From Acidobacteriota bacterium (lineage in GTDB: Bacteria; Acidobacteriota; UBA6911; RPQK01; JAJDTT01), in the NCBI GenBank assembly GCA_965209055.1, contig OZ242374.1:5664001-5728000 (forward strand): a stretch of 64,000 nucleotides of DNA, in the 5' to 3' direction. Numbering within the stretch: the first letter of the stretch is position 1; each line of letters opens with the position of its first letter. Shown here in pieces: positions 48,534 through 59,636 of this stretch. The notes under the pieces were generated by a model that saw nothing but the letters and a program-made list of their open reading frames with translations, was not told where the DNA came from and did not search any database. The position numbers were made by a program, and so were the translations under genes.

Positions 48534-49237
48534 ATGAAGCCGATGGATCTGAAGGGCTCGATGGAGCTGGCCGGCCGAAACCTGGTGGCGAACCTCTGTT
48601 CCACACGCCACTACCTCCCCTATTGGGCCATAGAAATCGACGCCGGTTACGGAGCCTGCGCACGCTTCAGTTGGCCCCAGCACAACGTCGGCCGTTGGTG
48701 GGATGCGATGCTGCGGCTGGAGGCCGCCACCGGATTCCGGATTCCGCCCGATCGGGAATCCGCCATGCTGGGCAATCTGCACTCCTTTTTCGACAATCCG
48801 GATCATTCTCCGTCACACAACCCATCCCGACGGCCGTCTGAACCTGGCTTCCGGAACGGATCACACCCATTCGTATCTCGGGACCCTCCGGGGACTGCTG
48901 TTTTACGGCGAGCTCACGGATCAGCATCGTTACGTCGATGCGGTGGAGGCGACCTATCGGAGGACGGTGCGGAAACTGGTCAAGAAATCGGGGTTCATCT
49001 CCCATGACCTGGGGAAGGACAACCGCGGAGAAACGGCTTCCGCTGGCGACGCCGCCCAACTGGCTCTTTGGCTGGCAACCCGTCACGGATTCACCGAGTA
49101 CCTCGACGACCACGACTGCGGACCTGTCGGACCTGGCCGGCACGGCGGTGGTGCTGAGGTTCCACCTGGATGGGAACGCCCGCCTCTACTCCTATCGATT
49201 CGGACATCCCGACCCCCATCTGCGCGGGTCCGACTGA
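48534..49237 (+). pseudogene. Mosaic of deletion-joined fragments of carbohydrate-active-like genes
   Basis: Coding signal passes through three frames; the last fragment DLSDLAGTAVVLRFHLDGNARLYSYRF matches the family X C-terminus. Confidence 0.6.
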
Positions 49238-49311
49238 CAGAGGGGAACGACTAGTGTCGCGCCCGACGGGAAACCAGGAGGCGCCCCACCGTCCAAATTG
49301 GGCGTTCGGCG

Positions 49312-50943
49312 CTACTCCTCCAGGAATCGGAAGGAGAAGAGAAGGGCGTTCTTCAGGTAGAATTTGAGCTTGACGACTTGACCCTCCAAGCCGCTCAGTT
49401 GGCTGCGGCCGTTCCAAGCGGCGATCCCGGTTCGCGTCAGGGGATCCGATTCCTGAAATGTGTGTCCCCGGATCCGGAAGTGATCCCCAGCCAGGATCTC
49501 CACCCGGACCTCCCCGGAGCCGGACTTCGAACCCCTCGCCATGCTGACCTCGAGACGCTTGCCGGAGAACGAAAACGCCCGCGTAATCACCTGGGCGTAG
49601 CCCTCGGCGCCATCCGTCCGGGCGGAGTCCCGGATCGAGCCCAACGCCCTGGCGTTGTAGCCGGCTCCTGCTTCGGTCGCTCCAGGTTCCAGGGAGACGA
49701 ATCCGTCCTTCGGAATCGTGGCCACTCCCATGGCGCCCATGGGTCCGGGGCCGCCGACCTCGCGAAAGAGGCGATCCCGGAAGTTGGTGCCGTGGTAGTA
49801 GATCAGGAAACGGTCCCCATGGAGAATGGGTTGCTGGGCGTAGATGGTCACGGAGTCCCAGGCCGGCTCTTCTCCCAGCGGAATGAAGGGCTCCCGGTAG
49901 CGCCGGTCCCAGTGAATCCCGTCACGGCTGAAGACGAACTGCGACCAGATATAGAGGGGATCCTCGGGAGTCCTCTGACCGGGCCGATAGTTCCAAAGCA
50001 TCCCCAGGTAGAGTCCTTCATGGGTGGTGGCCCACATGCTGTAGAAATGCAGCCCTGCCGGGTCCCGGTCGTCGGGGACGATAATGGTCTGGGGATCGGA
50101 CCAGTGAACCAGGTCCCGGCTTTCGGCTCTCCCGATGAGCCGCATCCGCAGCCCGCAACGCTTGTGCTGGCAGTTCTCCATGTGCATGGCATAGACCTGA
50201 CGGATCGGGTCCCAACCGACGGTGGCCGTCGGTCCCCACAGGTAGCTCTGGTACCCCCTCCGCCTGGTCCAGGGCTCGCCTTCGGGATTGACCTTGGCGG
50301 GTCCCGAGGGACGAATCACGGGGTTGCCCGGGTGGGGCACCCAGTTGAAGGCGTCACCCGAGTAGTAGAGGTTCCAGACCTGGGTCCGCTTGACGTCCGA
50401 CTGTCCGGGGACGGTCCCTTCGGCTGCCACCTGGGCCAGCGCCTTGTAGCGGCGTGAAGGGTCCTGCTCGCGCGGATCCACGAAGATGCCGCCCTTGATG
50501 GAAGGCCAGTTTTTGGGCGCCAGGATGTTGTTGTCCCGGGACCCCTGGAACTCCACGAAGCCCAGCGAGGGCTTTTCCCACCGGTAGCCGTCCCGGGATT
50601 CGGCGTACAGGATCTTCCGGTCCTTGCCGTCCGGTTTTCCATCTTCGTCAGCGTACAGGACATGGGAGGTGTACCACATGCGAAACCGTTGGCGGGCCTC
50701 ATCGTAGAAGACGGTGCCGTAGTGCAGAGACTGCCCCTCCCAGGGACGGTCCTGGCGGATGACCGGATTGCCCTCATGCTTCCGGGCGGTATGGAAGACG
50801 CGGCGGGCGTCCACCAGACCCTCGACCAGGGTGTCGTCCAGAAACATCTGCTTCTGGGAACCGACGTGGATGAGCCCGGGAGGACCGGCCTGAACCGCAG
50901 CGCCCAGCCAGGCGAAGAACGCCAGGAAGAATCGATTCCGCAT
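49312..50943 (-). CDS. Secreted family X propeller-like protein
   Basis: Signal peptide, KQMFLDD, RPWEG, YAESRDGYRWEKPSL, KDGFVSL, NALLFSFRF. Confidence 0.75.
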   Translation of the reverse strand: MRNRFFLAFFAWLGAAVQAGPPGLIHVGSQKQMFLDDTLVEGLVDARRVFHTARKHEGNPVIRQDRPWEGQSLHYGTVFYDEARQRFRMWYTSHVLYADEDGKPDGKDRKILYAESRDGYRWEKPSLGFVEFQGSRDNNILAPKNWPSIKGGIFVDPREQDPSRRYKALAQVAAEGTVPGQSDVKRTQVWNLYYSGDAFNWVPHPGNPVIRPSGPAKVNPEGEPWTRRRGYQSYLWGPTATVGWDPIRQVYAMHMENCQHKRCGLRMRLIGRAESRDLVHWSDPQTIIVPDDRDPAGLHFYSMWATTHEGLYLGMLWNYRPGQRTPEDPLYIWSQFVFSRDGIHWDRRYREPFIPLGEEPAWDSVTIYAQQPILHGDRFLIYYHGTNFRDRLFREVGGPGPMGAMGVATIPKDGFVSLEPGATEAGAGYNARALGSIRDSARTDGAEGYAQVITRAFSFSGKRLEVSMARGSKSGSGEVRVEILAGDHFRIRGHTFQESDPLTRTGIAAWNGRSQLSGLEGQVVKLKFYLKNALLFSFRFLEE

Positions 50944-51295
50944 TGTTGGTTCCTTTCGAGTCGGACCGAAGTGTTCCGATGCGGACTTCAAGGGGGGGTT
51001 GTGCTGCCACCCGTAATGGTAGGATAGCAGGAACCAGAGCCTCTGACACCGTGCATGAGGGACCTCTCATTGCCGCTTTTCCATTGACGCCGGCCGGGTC
51101 AGGGCCGGGGGCGAGGCAGGCCCGGAAAAACGGTCGGCCGGTGCCACCGGACGGACCGTAGTCGGATCCGGCGGAGCGCTGAAACAGGCCGGTCTTTCCG
51201 GAAGAAATTGAAAGGGAGAGCGTGCTCGATTCTGGTCATCCGGCATGGAGGGCTCTCCGGCGAAGAGGGACATCAAGAGAATCGGAGGAAGCACT

Positions 51296-52126
51296 ATGAA
51301 ACCCGCAAGTCTGGTTCTGATGGCAGTTCTGCTCGTCCTTCCTGCGCCGGCGCGGGGCGAAGGCGGCCAGATGAGAGTCGAAGACCTGCTGGAGAAACAT
51401 CTGGGTTTTCTCACCGATGGCAAGGCCCCCTCGTCCGTCGACAATCGGCTGGTGATGGGAACCTGTTCCTTCCGGGTGTTGATCGGCCGAAGTGCAAGCC
51501 TCTCGGGACCGGTCAACTTTCTCTCCCAGGGAAACAAGGTTCGGCTGCTGGTCCGATTCAATGATTCCGGGTACAGCGGCGAGAACGTCATTCATAACGG
51601 CAAGCGACTCCGTGTCGACCAGATCAGTCCCGATGTCCGATCCCAGCTCGGCGATTTCTTCTATCGTTTCGAAGAGGTGGTCCGGGAAGGACTGGTGGGA
51701 GGGGTGCTCTCCACCGCCTGGCCGCTGCTCGACCTCAAGCGGCGCCAGGCAAGGCTGGAATACGAAGGACTCAAGAAGATCGCGGGCCGGGAGCTGCATG
51801 AGGTGACGTATCGAGCGAAACGGCCCGGGGAGGCCCGGGTGCATCTCTATTTCGACCCCGAGTCTTACGGCCACGTGTTGACCATCTACCGGGTGATGGT
51901 GTCGCGGGCCGGCAGCGTGGCCATCCGCACCACGCGAGACCGGTTCACACTCGAGGAGAGTTTCGGGGACTTCCGCTCTCTGGATGGGTGGGCTCTGCCC
52001 AGCCAATGGAGCATGAAGCTCACCCTTCAAACGGATCGCGGCAACTCGGTTTCCGAGTGGAGCATGGCGATCGGCAATGCCTCCCACAACCAACGGATGA
52101 ACCCCGAGTATTTCAAGTTGAAGTGA
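51296..52126 (+). CDS. Secreted hypothetical protein (beta-rich)
   Basis: Signal peptide, GGAGG RBS, LYFDPE...LEESFGDFR..DGWALP (resembles LolA-like folds). Confidence 0.65.
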   Translation: MKPASLVLMAVLLVLPAPARGEGGQMRVEDLLEKHLGFLTDGKAPSSVDNRLVMGTCSFRVLIGRSASLSGPVNFLSQGNKVRLLVRFNDSGYSGENVIHNGKRLRVDQISPDVRSQLGDFFYRFEEVVREGLVGGVLSTAWPLLDLKRRQARLEYEGLKKIAGRELHEVTYRAKRPGEARVHLYFDPESYGHVLTIYRVMVSRAGSVAIRTTRDRFTLEESFGDFRSLDGWALPSQWSMKLTLQTDRGNSVSEWSMAIGNASHNQRMNPEYFKLK

Positions 52127-52319
52127 GTGATGCGGGCCGGCCGCGGGGCCGCTTGCAGCATGACCTGCAGGCCCTCCACAGTTGCAGGCGTCCTGTCCTG
52201 AGATCCGGTCTACGGCATGGACGGAGCGAACCGGATCCAAAACAACAGAGGGTGGCGCCGAACCAAGTCGTTCAGCGCCACCCCCGTCTGACCGCCTCCC
52301 GCCAGAAGGGACGGGAGAT

Positions 52320-55300
52320 CTAGAAATCGATCCTCAAGGCGAACTGGATCTGACGGGCCATTCCCGCGGTGGTGACGACTCCGAAGCTCCCGGACGATAC
52401 GGTGCCGCGGGGCGGGCCGAAATTCACGTTGTTGAAGACGTTGAAGAACTCCGTCCGAAACTCGACGAAACGCGTTTCTCCCAAGGCGAAGCGCTTCATC
52501 AATCCGATGTCGAAATTGATGATGCCGTCGGTGCGAATGGGAAATGCGACCGAGTTGCCATAGGTGGTCGGGTTGATGGAGAAGCATCTGGTGTCGAAGA
52601 ACCTGGTGACTGTCCGGTTACCTTCGGACATGTTCCCGTCACAGGTGCGATCCGGAAGCACGACTCGCCGGCTTCCGAGGTTCAGGACATCGCTTCCCGC
52701 ATCGATCTCCATCTGCGGCTGCCCGCTCTGCAGGGTCACCAGAGTCGTCAGCTCCCAGCCGTAGAAGAGCTGTCGTCCCAGTCCCTGAAGACCTCGTCCG
52801 AACGGCAACTCATAGATTCCCGTCGTATAGAAGGCGCTGGTGGCGTGCCAGGGCGCGATGGTCCGGGACGCCGAGCGATCGTATTCGTTCTGGGCGGTGC
52901 GCTGCTGGTTGGTCAGCAGATTCTTCGACCAGGTGTACCCGGCCACCAGACTCAGGCCGCTGCTGAAACGCCTTTCGAAGCGGGTCTGCAGCGAGTTGTA
53001 GGAGGTGTTCATGTCGGAAATGATGTAGCGGTTCGGGCGAATCGGAGGATAAGGCCGGCGGTCGCGCTGAGCACCCGTTGCCGTCAGCGTGGCGCCGTCG
53101 TTGGGAAGTTGAAACCGCACCCCTTCCGGAAGGGCCACGTTGAAGTTGCGGGCTCCGAACTGATGGGTCCCCTTGTTCCCCACGTAGGCCACTTCAACGC
53201 GTGTCTCCGGCATCAGTTCGTGTTGGAGCGAGAGACTCCAATTCTGCACGTCGCCGGGTGTCCAGTGGGGATCCGCCATATAATTCGACGGCCACTCCGA
53301 AAGTGGCGATCCGGCGGCGATGGGTGGCGCGACCCCGTAGATGACCGTCGGCACCTCACCTCGCGGATTTCTTTCGCTACTGGCCCCGGTCAACTGGGGT
53401 AGATTTCCGGCGCTCCGGAAATAAACGAAGGTGGAATCGTCGAACGATCTGCCGTAACCAATTCTCAGCGCCGTGCGATTCCCTCCGAAGGGTCTCCAGG
53501 CGATCCCGACACGGGGGGCAAAGTCCCGGTAGTCCGGCTCGGTCACCCTCCGGGTATCGAGCAGGACGGCTGGAATAGGCGAACGATTGGGGCCCTCCAG
53601 CGGTCCGCCCAGGATCGGCTGGACGGGGGCGTCCTTGAGGAGGCGGGCCACCGGATTGTACCGGTCGGAGCCCAGTTCGAAGAAGGCCAGGCCTCGTCCA
53701 TCGGACATGAGAACGGGCAGGCTGATTTCGTGCCGGATCCCCAGCGTCAAGGTCAGATTGGGGGTCACCCTCCAACTGTCTCCGAGGAACCAGTTGTAGA
53801 GGCTCTTGGTCGGATAGTTGTTGATGAAGTCATGCTGCAACGTGTAACTGACGGAGGAGGGGTACCCCAGCAGAAAATCGGCCATGACCTGCCCCTGGGA
53901 ACCGCCGATCTGGGCGGTGGCGTATCCGTCGAAGCCCATGCCGCCGCCCCCGGTGCGCGCTCCTCCCGAGATGAGCTTGTAACGTTGGGTGGAGATGCCG
54001 AACTTGATGAGGTGGTCGCCGTGGTTCCAACTGATCACTTCCTTGGCTCCGCCGTCGGTGCCGAAATTGTATTCGTTGTCCATGCTCCGGATATCGGGAT
54101 AGGGACGAATCCGGGTCCTGGGAATTCCCCAACCCGCCTCGGGGACGGTGTCCGCGTGGTCGAACCCGAAGACCTCGGCCCAATTCTGGTGGAGCTCGTC
54201 GGGAGGGGAGTTCTTGGAGTGCTTGCGGCCCAGGTAGACGCTCAATTCATTGTTGACGTTCGGACCGAAGTTCTTGATGTAGCCGGCGGCGACCTGAAAG
54301 CCTCGCTGCCGATCCTGGATGAAGGTCACATTCGGCGTGTAGTGGAAGCCCGTCGTCTTGGGAGACCTCTGCCAGGTCCAGCGGCCCCAGAGCTGGTCTC
54401 CCCCCTCGAAGTTCTGGTCGATCCGGATGTTCCACTTGTCCACATCCGTGTTGTCGACGGCGTTCCAGAAGTAATTGGGGTTGGAGCCGGGAGGCTGGTT
54501 GGGAGGGGGAGGCAGAAAGGTTCCGTCCTGAATGATGGCCCGGGCCACCGGATTCATCCGGTCCGACGGGACCCGGTTGCCGGGAAACGGCATCCGCTGG
54601 CCGTCGACCACGTTCATCGGATCGTAGATGACCCGGCCGGGCCAGTGGCCGTCGACACCGAAGACTCCGTTGCGCTCGTTCTCCGTCGGGGAGATCTGGG
54701 AGCGGACGAAATTGCTGCGCTGCCTCAGCCCCTCGTAGGAGAAGAAGAAGAAGGTGCTGTCCTTGAAGATGGGTCCGCCCAAAGTCGCTCCAAACTGGTG
54801 CCGCTTGTAGGGGACCGTGCCGGTCCCCACCCGGTTGGCCATGAAGTTGTTGGCGTCCAGGGCATCGTTTCGCGCATAGTCCCAAATGGAACCGTGGAAT
54901 TCGTTGGTTCCCGACTTCGAGACCATGGTGATCACGGCGCCCGAGACTCGTCCGTATTCGGCCGAGTAGTTGTTGGTGACCACCTTGAATTCCTGGATGG
55001 CGTCCGGCGAGGGCCGTGTGGTCGGCATGTTCTGGTACAGATCCTGGTTCGGGGTCCCGTCCAGCAGCAGCAGGTTCTGGCTGTACTGCTGGCCATTGAA
55101 CCCGGGCAGACGGGGCTCCGCCGCAGGTATGTCCCGCAGCGGCGCCACCACCGCTCCCGTCATGTAACGCGCCAACTGGAAGATATCCCGTTCATTCAAG
55201 GGGAGATCCCTGATCTGCCGTTCGGTCGTGACCGCGCCCAGATCAGCCGTCTCCGTCTCCACCACCGGCGATGCTCCCGTGACGGTGATGGTCTCGGCGA

Positions 55301-55646
55301 TCTCCCCCACGGTCATGGAGAAGTCAAGACGCGCCCGCTGCCGAACCTCGAGCCGCACTCCCTCTCGCACCTGCGTCTTGAATGCCGGGAGCGAAACCCG
55401 GACCGTATAGATGCCCGGAGGCAGGTTCTCGACAACGTAGTCCCCACGCTCGTTGGTGACCCCACCTCGCGTCACGTTCGTGGCGACGTTGGTGACCTCG
55501 ACGCTCACACCTGGAAGCGCCCCTTGGCTGATGTCGCTGACCGTCCCCACCAGGGAGGCGTCTTCGCCCTGAGCCATTCCCGGAAAGCTCAAGAGCAGTA
55601 CGGCCAGTAAAGTCCCACTCAAACGGATAGCGATTGTCGTCGTCAT
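52320..55646 (-). CDS. TonB-dependent receptor with N-terminal carboxypeptidase-regulatory-like domain
   Basis: GTVSD..GALPG, DLPLNER, DAIQEFKV..NYSAEYG, KSGTNEFHG, FAPRVG, terminal RQIQFALRIDF. Confidence 0.93.
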   Translation of the reverse strand: MTTTIAIRLSGTLLAVLLLSFPGMAQGEDASLVGTVSDISQGALPGVSVEVTNVATNVTRGGVTNERGDYVVENLPPGIYTVRVSLPAFKTQVREGVRLEVRQRARLDFSMTVGEIAETITVTGASPVVETETADLGAVTTERQIRDLPLNERDIFQLARYMTGAVVAPLRDIPAAEPRLPGFNGQQYSQNLLLLDGTPNQDLYQNMPTTRPSPDAIQEFKVVTNNYSAEYGRVSGAVITMVSKSGTNEFHGSIWDYARNDALDANNFMANRVGTGTVPYKRHQFGATLGGPIFKDSTFFFFSYEGLRQRSNFVRSQISPTENERNGVFGVDGHWPGRVIYDPMNVVDGQRMPFPGNRVPSDRMNPVARAIIQDGTFLPPPPNQPPGSNPNYFWNAVDNTDVDKWNIRIDQNFEGGDQLWGRWTWQRSPKTTGFHYTPNVTFIQDRQRGFQVAAGYIKNFGPNVNNELSVYLGRKHSKNSPPDELHQNWAEVFGFDHADTVPEAGWGIPRTRIRPYPDIRSMDNEYNFGTDGGAKEVISWNHGDHLIKFGISTQRYKLISGGARTGGGGMGFDGYATAQIGGSQGQVMADFLLGYPSSVSYTLQHDFINNYPTKSLYNWFLGDSWRVTPNLTLTLGIRHEISLPVLMSDGRGLAFFELGSDRYNPVARLLKDAPVQPILGGPLEGPNRSPIPAVLLDTRRVTEPDYRDFAPRVGIAWRPFGGNRTALRIGYGRSFDDSTFVYFRSAGNLPQLTGASSERNPRGEVPTVIYGVAPPIAAGSPLSEWPSNYMADPHWTPGDVQNWSLSLQHELMPETRVEVAYVGNKGTHQFGARNFNVALPEGVRFQLPNDGATLTATGAQRDRRPYPPIRPNRYIISDMNTSYNSLQTRFERRFSSGLSLVAGYTWSKNLLTNQQRTAQNEYDRSASRTIAPWHATSAFYTTGIYELPFGRGLQGLGRQLFYGWELTTLVTLQSGQPQMEIDAGSDVLNLGSRRVVLPDRTCDGNMSEGNRTVTRFFDTRCFSINPTTYGNSVAFPIRTDGIINFDIGLMKRFALGETRFVEFRTEFFNVFNNVNFGPPRGTVSSGSFGVVTTAGMARQIQFALRIDF

Positions 55647-56391
55647 GTCCCCTCCCTCGGCCAGAACCGTTGCGTCATGCCGGGTCAGGATCGGGTTCGG
55701 TCGCACACCGGAGGACGAGATCAGTGGACAGCCAGACGGAACCCGCCTGAGCAGACAGGCTCTGTCCGGGGCATCCGAAGCCGGTGCGGTGTGAAGGCGC
55801 TGGAGACTTCCTGAGCGGCCAGCATGATGAACAAGCCAAAAATCGGACAGGTCTCGGCGTCGAATGATCTGAGGTAAGGCGGGCGCCAAAGTCGAGGTTG
55901 GGACGTGGTCGAGGTTGGCGCCAGGGTCAGATCACGCGACCTCTTTGCCCTTGTCCCTCGCAATTTCGGTTCCACGATAATCTCGCCCCTCTTAACCGAA
56001 CTACTTAAATGAGCCACCTTAAAGCAAAACGGCCACCTTGAGGCCAATCCACCCAGCTTCCCAGAACAGGAGCCTATTCAAATAATTGGATAATACTCAG
56101 GAATTGTAGTCCAAAAATTCGGATCACAAGGATGGAAAACGGCACGGAGGCGCCCGGGCCCATAGGCGGATCCCTGCTCATTGACCAAGAATGGGAAAAG
56201 CCCTCGTAGGGGCGACCCTCATTCAAAACTCCTTCCCCTGTTCTTCCGAACCCCAGAAAAATGGGGAAAGTCCTGCTGCCGTAATCATGGCGACGGGGTT
56301 GGGCCGGTGCTATCATGGGGAGAGCGACCTCGGACAGGCCGGAAAGGCAGGTCCAATTTATGTCATCCACGGTGACCGCGGAGAAGTTTTC

Positions 56392-57984
56392 GTGAAAAGG
56401 CTTTCCGCAGTTATTCTGTTTCTGACCCATCTCTCTTCTCTTCCCGGACTTCCCCAGAACCAGAGGCCTCAGGAGGAGCAGATCGATTACTACAAGAAAT
56501 GGCTGCAGGAAGACGTCCGCTACATCATTGTCGATGAGGAGCGGGCCGTCTTCGCGAAACTCAACACGGACGACGAGCGAGACGCCTTCATAGAACAGTT
56601 TTGGCGCCGCCGCGATACCGACCCGGCAACGGCGATCAACGAGTTCCGGGAGGAACACTTCCGTAGGATCGCCTATGCCAACGACCGATTCCGGTCCGGC
56701 GTCGAGGGCTGGGCCACCGACCGCGGCCGGATCTACATCACTTTCGGTCCTCCCGACAACATCGACGACCATCCCGGCGGATACTACGTCCGGCGGCCGG
56801 AAGAAGGGGGCGGAATGACCAGCACTTATGCGTTTCAGCGCTGGTTCTACCGGTTCATCCCCGGCATCGGACCGGGTGTCGAGATCGAGTTCGTCGACCC
56901 CACCAATACGGGGGAATACCGGATCGCGCTGCGGCCGACCGAGAAGGATGCCCTTTTCGTGGCCGGGGGAGGAATGACGGACGGGGAGTTCCGCGGTGAG
57001 GTGGATCGGGCCGGGCGCGTGCGCTCCGCCCTCTTGATGAGGAACCTGGGTCTGGAGGGCGACCCCTACTACATGACGGGGGCTCAGCCGCTGCAGCGCG
57101 TGCGCAACTATTTCTACACCAAGCGCCCTCCCAAGCTCCAGTTCGGAGAACTGCAGAACCTGGTGGACACTCAGCTCTACTACGATTCCATTCCGGTTCA
57201 GATCGGAGTCAATCAGTTCCGGGTGGGACCGGACCAGGTGCTGGCTCCGGTCACCCTCAGGGTTGGACGGGAGCAGTTGACCTATCGGGAAACGGAAGGG
57301 AGCCGGCGGGCCGTCCTGAACATCTATGGCAGGGTGACCGACCTGGGAAATCGGATCGCGTACGAGTTCGAGGATACCGTTCTGGCGGATCAGTCCCACG
57401 ACCTGCAGCGGGAGGACATCGGGGGCGTCGCCACCTACCAGAAGAGTGTTCCTTTGCGATCCGGCCGGTACAAACTGACTCTGATCCTGAAGGACGGGAA
57501 CAGCGGGAAAGTCTCGGTCACCACAACACCCATCCGCGTCGTCCCCTTCGAGTCCAGGACCCTGACGACGAGCAGCATCATCCTTGCGGACAAGGTCCTT
57601 TCTTCGGAACCCGGAACCCTTCTGAGCGAGCCCTTCGTAGTCCCCGGCGGTTTCAAGATCTTCCCCAACGTGACTCAGGAGTTCACGAACCGGGACCGCT
57701 GTTTCTTGTATGTGGAGGCCTATGAGGTGGCCATCGACCAGTCGACTCTTCAACCCTTGCTGGGAGCCGAGATCTATCTGGTCCACGACGGCCGAATCGT
57801 GCAACAGGAACAGCCCAAGGCCGTGACCCTGGGCGATCGTGTCGCCCTCTTCCACGACATGGACCTGAGCCGGCTCCTCTCGGGAAAGCATCGCATCGAG
57901 TTGCACGTGGACGACCGCATCAGCGGTCAGCGAGTCATCCGCCGCGCAGAGATCACGATTCTGGGCGAGTCCCGTGGTTCCTGA
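56392..57984 (+). CDS. GWxTD domain protein
   Basis: YKKWLQEDVRYII, FWRRRD, EHFRRIAYAN, GWATDRGRIYITFGPPD; start estimated. Confidence 0.9.
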   Translation: MKRLSAVILFLTHLSSLPGLPQNQRPQEEQIDYYKKWLQEDVRYIIVDEERAVFAKLNTDDERDAFIEQFWRRRDTDPATAINEFREEHFRRIAYANDRFRSGVEGWATDRGRIYITFGPPDNIDDHPGGYYVRRPEEGGGMTSTYAFQRWFYRFIPGIGPGVEIEFVDPTNTGEYRIALRPTEKDALFVAGGGMTDGEFRGEVDRAGRVRSALLMRNLGLEGDPYYMTGAQPLQRVRNYFYTKRPPKLQFGELQNLVDTQLYYDSIPVQIGVNQFRVGPDQVLAPVTLRVGREQLTYRETEGSRRAVLNIYGRVTDLGNRIAYEFEDTVLADQSHDLQREDIGGVATYQKSVPLRSGRYKLTLILKDGNSGKVSVTTTPIRVVPFESRTLTTSSIILADKVLSSEPGTLLSEPFVVPGGFKIFPNVTQEFTNRDRCFLYVEAYEVAIDQSTLQPLLGAEIYLVHDGRIVQQEQPKAVTLGDRVALFHDMDLSRLLSGKHRIELHVDDRISGQRVIRRAEITILGESRGS

Positions 57985-58061
57985 CCGGTCCGAAACGAAC
58001 GAACAGGCCGGCAGATCTATTCCCAGGCGACCACTAGATTCCTTCGTTGAGAAGGATCGGA

Positions 58062-59612
58062 TCAGAATTTTTTCTGCGCGGTGGCCGGCTTTCCGGGAAC
58101 GAACTGGAAAGCGAACAGCTTCGCGTTCTTGAAGTGGAACCGGAGCTTGACCGGCTTTCCGGCCAGTGCCTCCACGTTGGAGTTTCCCCTCCAGGTGACG
58201 AGCTGTCCCGTGCCGGTCTCGCTGAGAGGATCACAGTCGTCGAAACCGTAACCGGAGATCGGCTTGTAGTCGGTCCCCAGGATCTCGACCCGGACCTCGG
58301 CGGGATGAGCTCCCCAACGCTGGAAGGCCGCCCGCAGGTTGAGCCGCAGCTCCCTGCCGGAAAAGGTAAGGGTCCGGGTAACGGCCTGGCTGAAGGTCAG
58401 TTTGGGGCCGTCCAGAGAAACGAAGCCATCCAACGGCAGAACCGCCAGTCCGATGGCGCCGTACGCCCGCTCTTCCCCCAGCATCTCCAGTTGCTCCGGG
58501 GACCTCCAGTTCACCCCGCCGTAGTAGAAGAAGATCTTCTCTCCATGGACGGCGGGCCTGAGGCCGTAGATCGCCACCGAATCGAAGGCGTCTCCGGCCC
58601 CGGCCGGTATGAACGGGCGGCGGTAGCGGCGGTCGTAGTGGATCCCATCCCGGCTGAAGACGAACTGAGGCAGGATCGTGGTGTTCGTGGTCCTGAAGTT
58701 CCAAAGCATTCCGATGGTGAATCCCTCGTAGGCAGTGGCGTGAAGGGAGTAGAACTCGGTGTCGGGATAATCCTGGCCGTCGGGCAGGATGACCGGAACC
58801 GCTTCGCTCCAGCGAATCATGTCCGGGCTCTCTGCGCGCCCGATGATGCGTCTGCCCAGGGGGCATCTCTGATGGCCGCAGATCTCCATGTGCGCGACGT
58901 AGACTCCATGCACGGGATCCCAACCCATCACCGATGTCGGTCCCCAGCGGCCCCTGCGTTCTCCCCAGTCGATGACGGGATTGCCGGGATGGGCGGACCA
59001 GTTGAAGGCGTCGCCGGAAGAGTAGAGATGGAACTGCATTCCGGTCCTTCCCGTCTCGTTGGACAGCTTCCCCCCGACGGTCTGGACCATGGCCTTGTAG
59101 CGTTTCGAGGGATCCGGCTCCCGGGCGTCGAAGACGATGCCGCCCTTGAACCCGAGCCAGTTGTCCTCACCGACGATGTTGTTGTCCCGGGAGCCGTTGA
59201 ACTCCACCAGCCCCAGTGAAGGTTTCTCCCAACGGTAGCCGTCGGAGGATACGGCGTAGCAGATTCGACGGCCCGCGCTTTCCGGATCTCCGCCGGGGAC
59301 GGGAGTCCAATTGCTGGTCGAATACCACATTCGGAATTTCCTTTGATCCGGATCGTAGAAGACCGTCCCGTAGTGGTTGTAGTTGCCTTCCCAGGGGCGG
59401 TTCCGAGGGATGACGGGATTGTCGACCGCCTTCCGCGGATGATTCAGGACCAACGCCGTGTCCTTCAGGGACTCCAGGAGGAACTCGTCCAGGAACAGTT
59501 GTTTGCTGTTCCCGATGGGGATGATGCTGCCATTTCGAGGGGTGGCGGCCATCTGGATCTGCATCAACACCAGACTCGACGCAAGCAGCCTCAGGACTCT
59601 ACCCATTTGCAT
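58062..59612 (-). CDS. Secreted family X propeller-like protein
   Basis: KQLFLDE, RPWEG, SSDGYRWEKPSL, LDGFVSL, NAKLFAFQF; closest to 49312..50943. Confidence 0.75.
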   Translation of the reverse strand: MQMGRVLRLLASSLVLMQIQMAATPRNGSIIPIGNSKQLFLDEFLLESLKDTALVLNHPRKAVDNPVIPRNRPWEGNYNHYGTVFYDPDQRKFRMWYSTSNWTPVPGGDPESAGRRICYAVSSDGYRWEKPSLGLVEFNGSRDNNIVGEDNWLGFKGGIVFDAREPDPSKRYKAMVQTVGGKLSNETGRTGMQFHLYSSGDAFNWSAHPGNPVIDWGERRGRWGPTSVMGWDPVHGVYVAHMEICGHQRCPLGRRIIGRAESPDMIRWSEAVPVILPDGQDYPDTEFYSLHATAYEGFTIGMLWNFRTTNTTILPQFVFSRDGIHYDRRYRRPFIPAGAGDAFDSVAIYGLRPAVHGEKIFFYYGGVNWRSPEQLEMLGEERAYGAIGLAVLPLDGFVSLDGPKLTFSQAVTRTLTFSGRELRLNLRAAFQRWGAHPAEVRVEILGTDYKPISGYGFDDCDPLSETGTGQLVTWRGNSNVEALAGKPVKLRFHFKNAKLFAFQFVPGKPATAQKKF

Positions 59613-59636
59613 CTCACACCTCCCTTGTGCGCCCAA

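Noticed and set aside
48780-48830. Programmed frameshift joining the 48534 and 48703 frames
   Set aside because: No convincing slippery site with a downstream structure; the segments look like deletion-joined fragments
55700-55900. Cobalamin riboswitch upstream of the TonB receptor
   Set aside because: GAGACCTG-like and CCACTG-like words occur in the wrong order and no B12 box is recognisable
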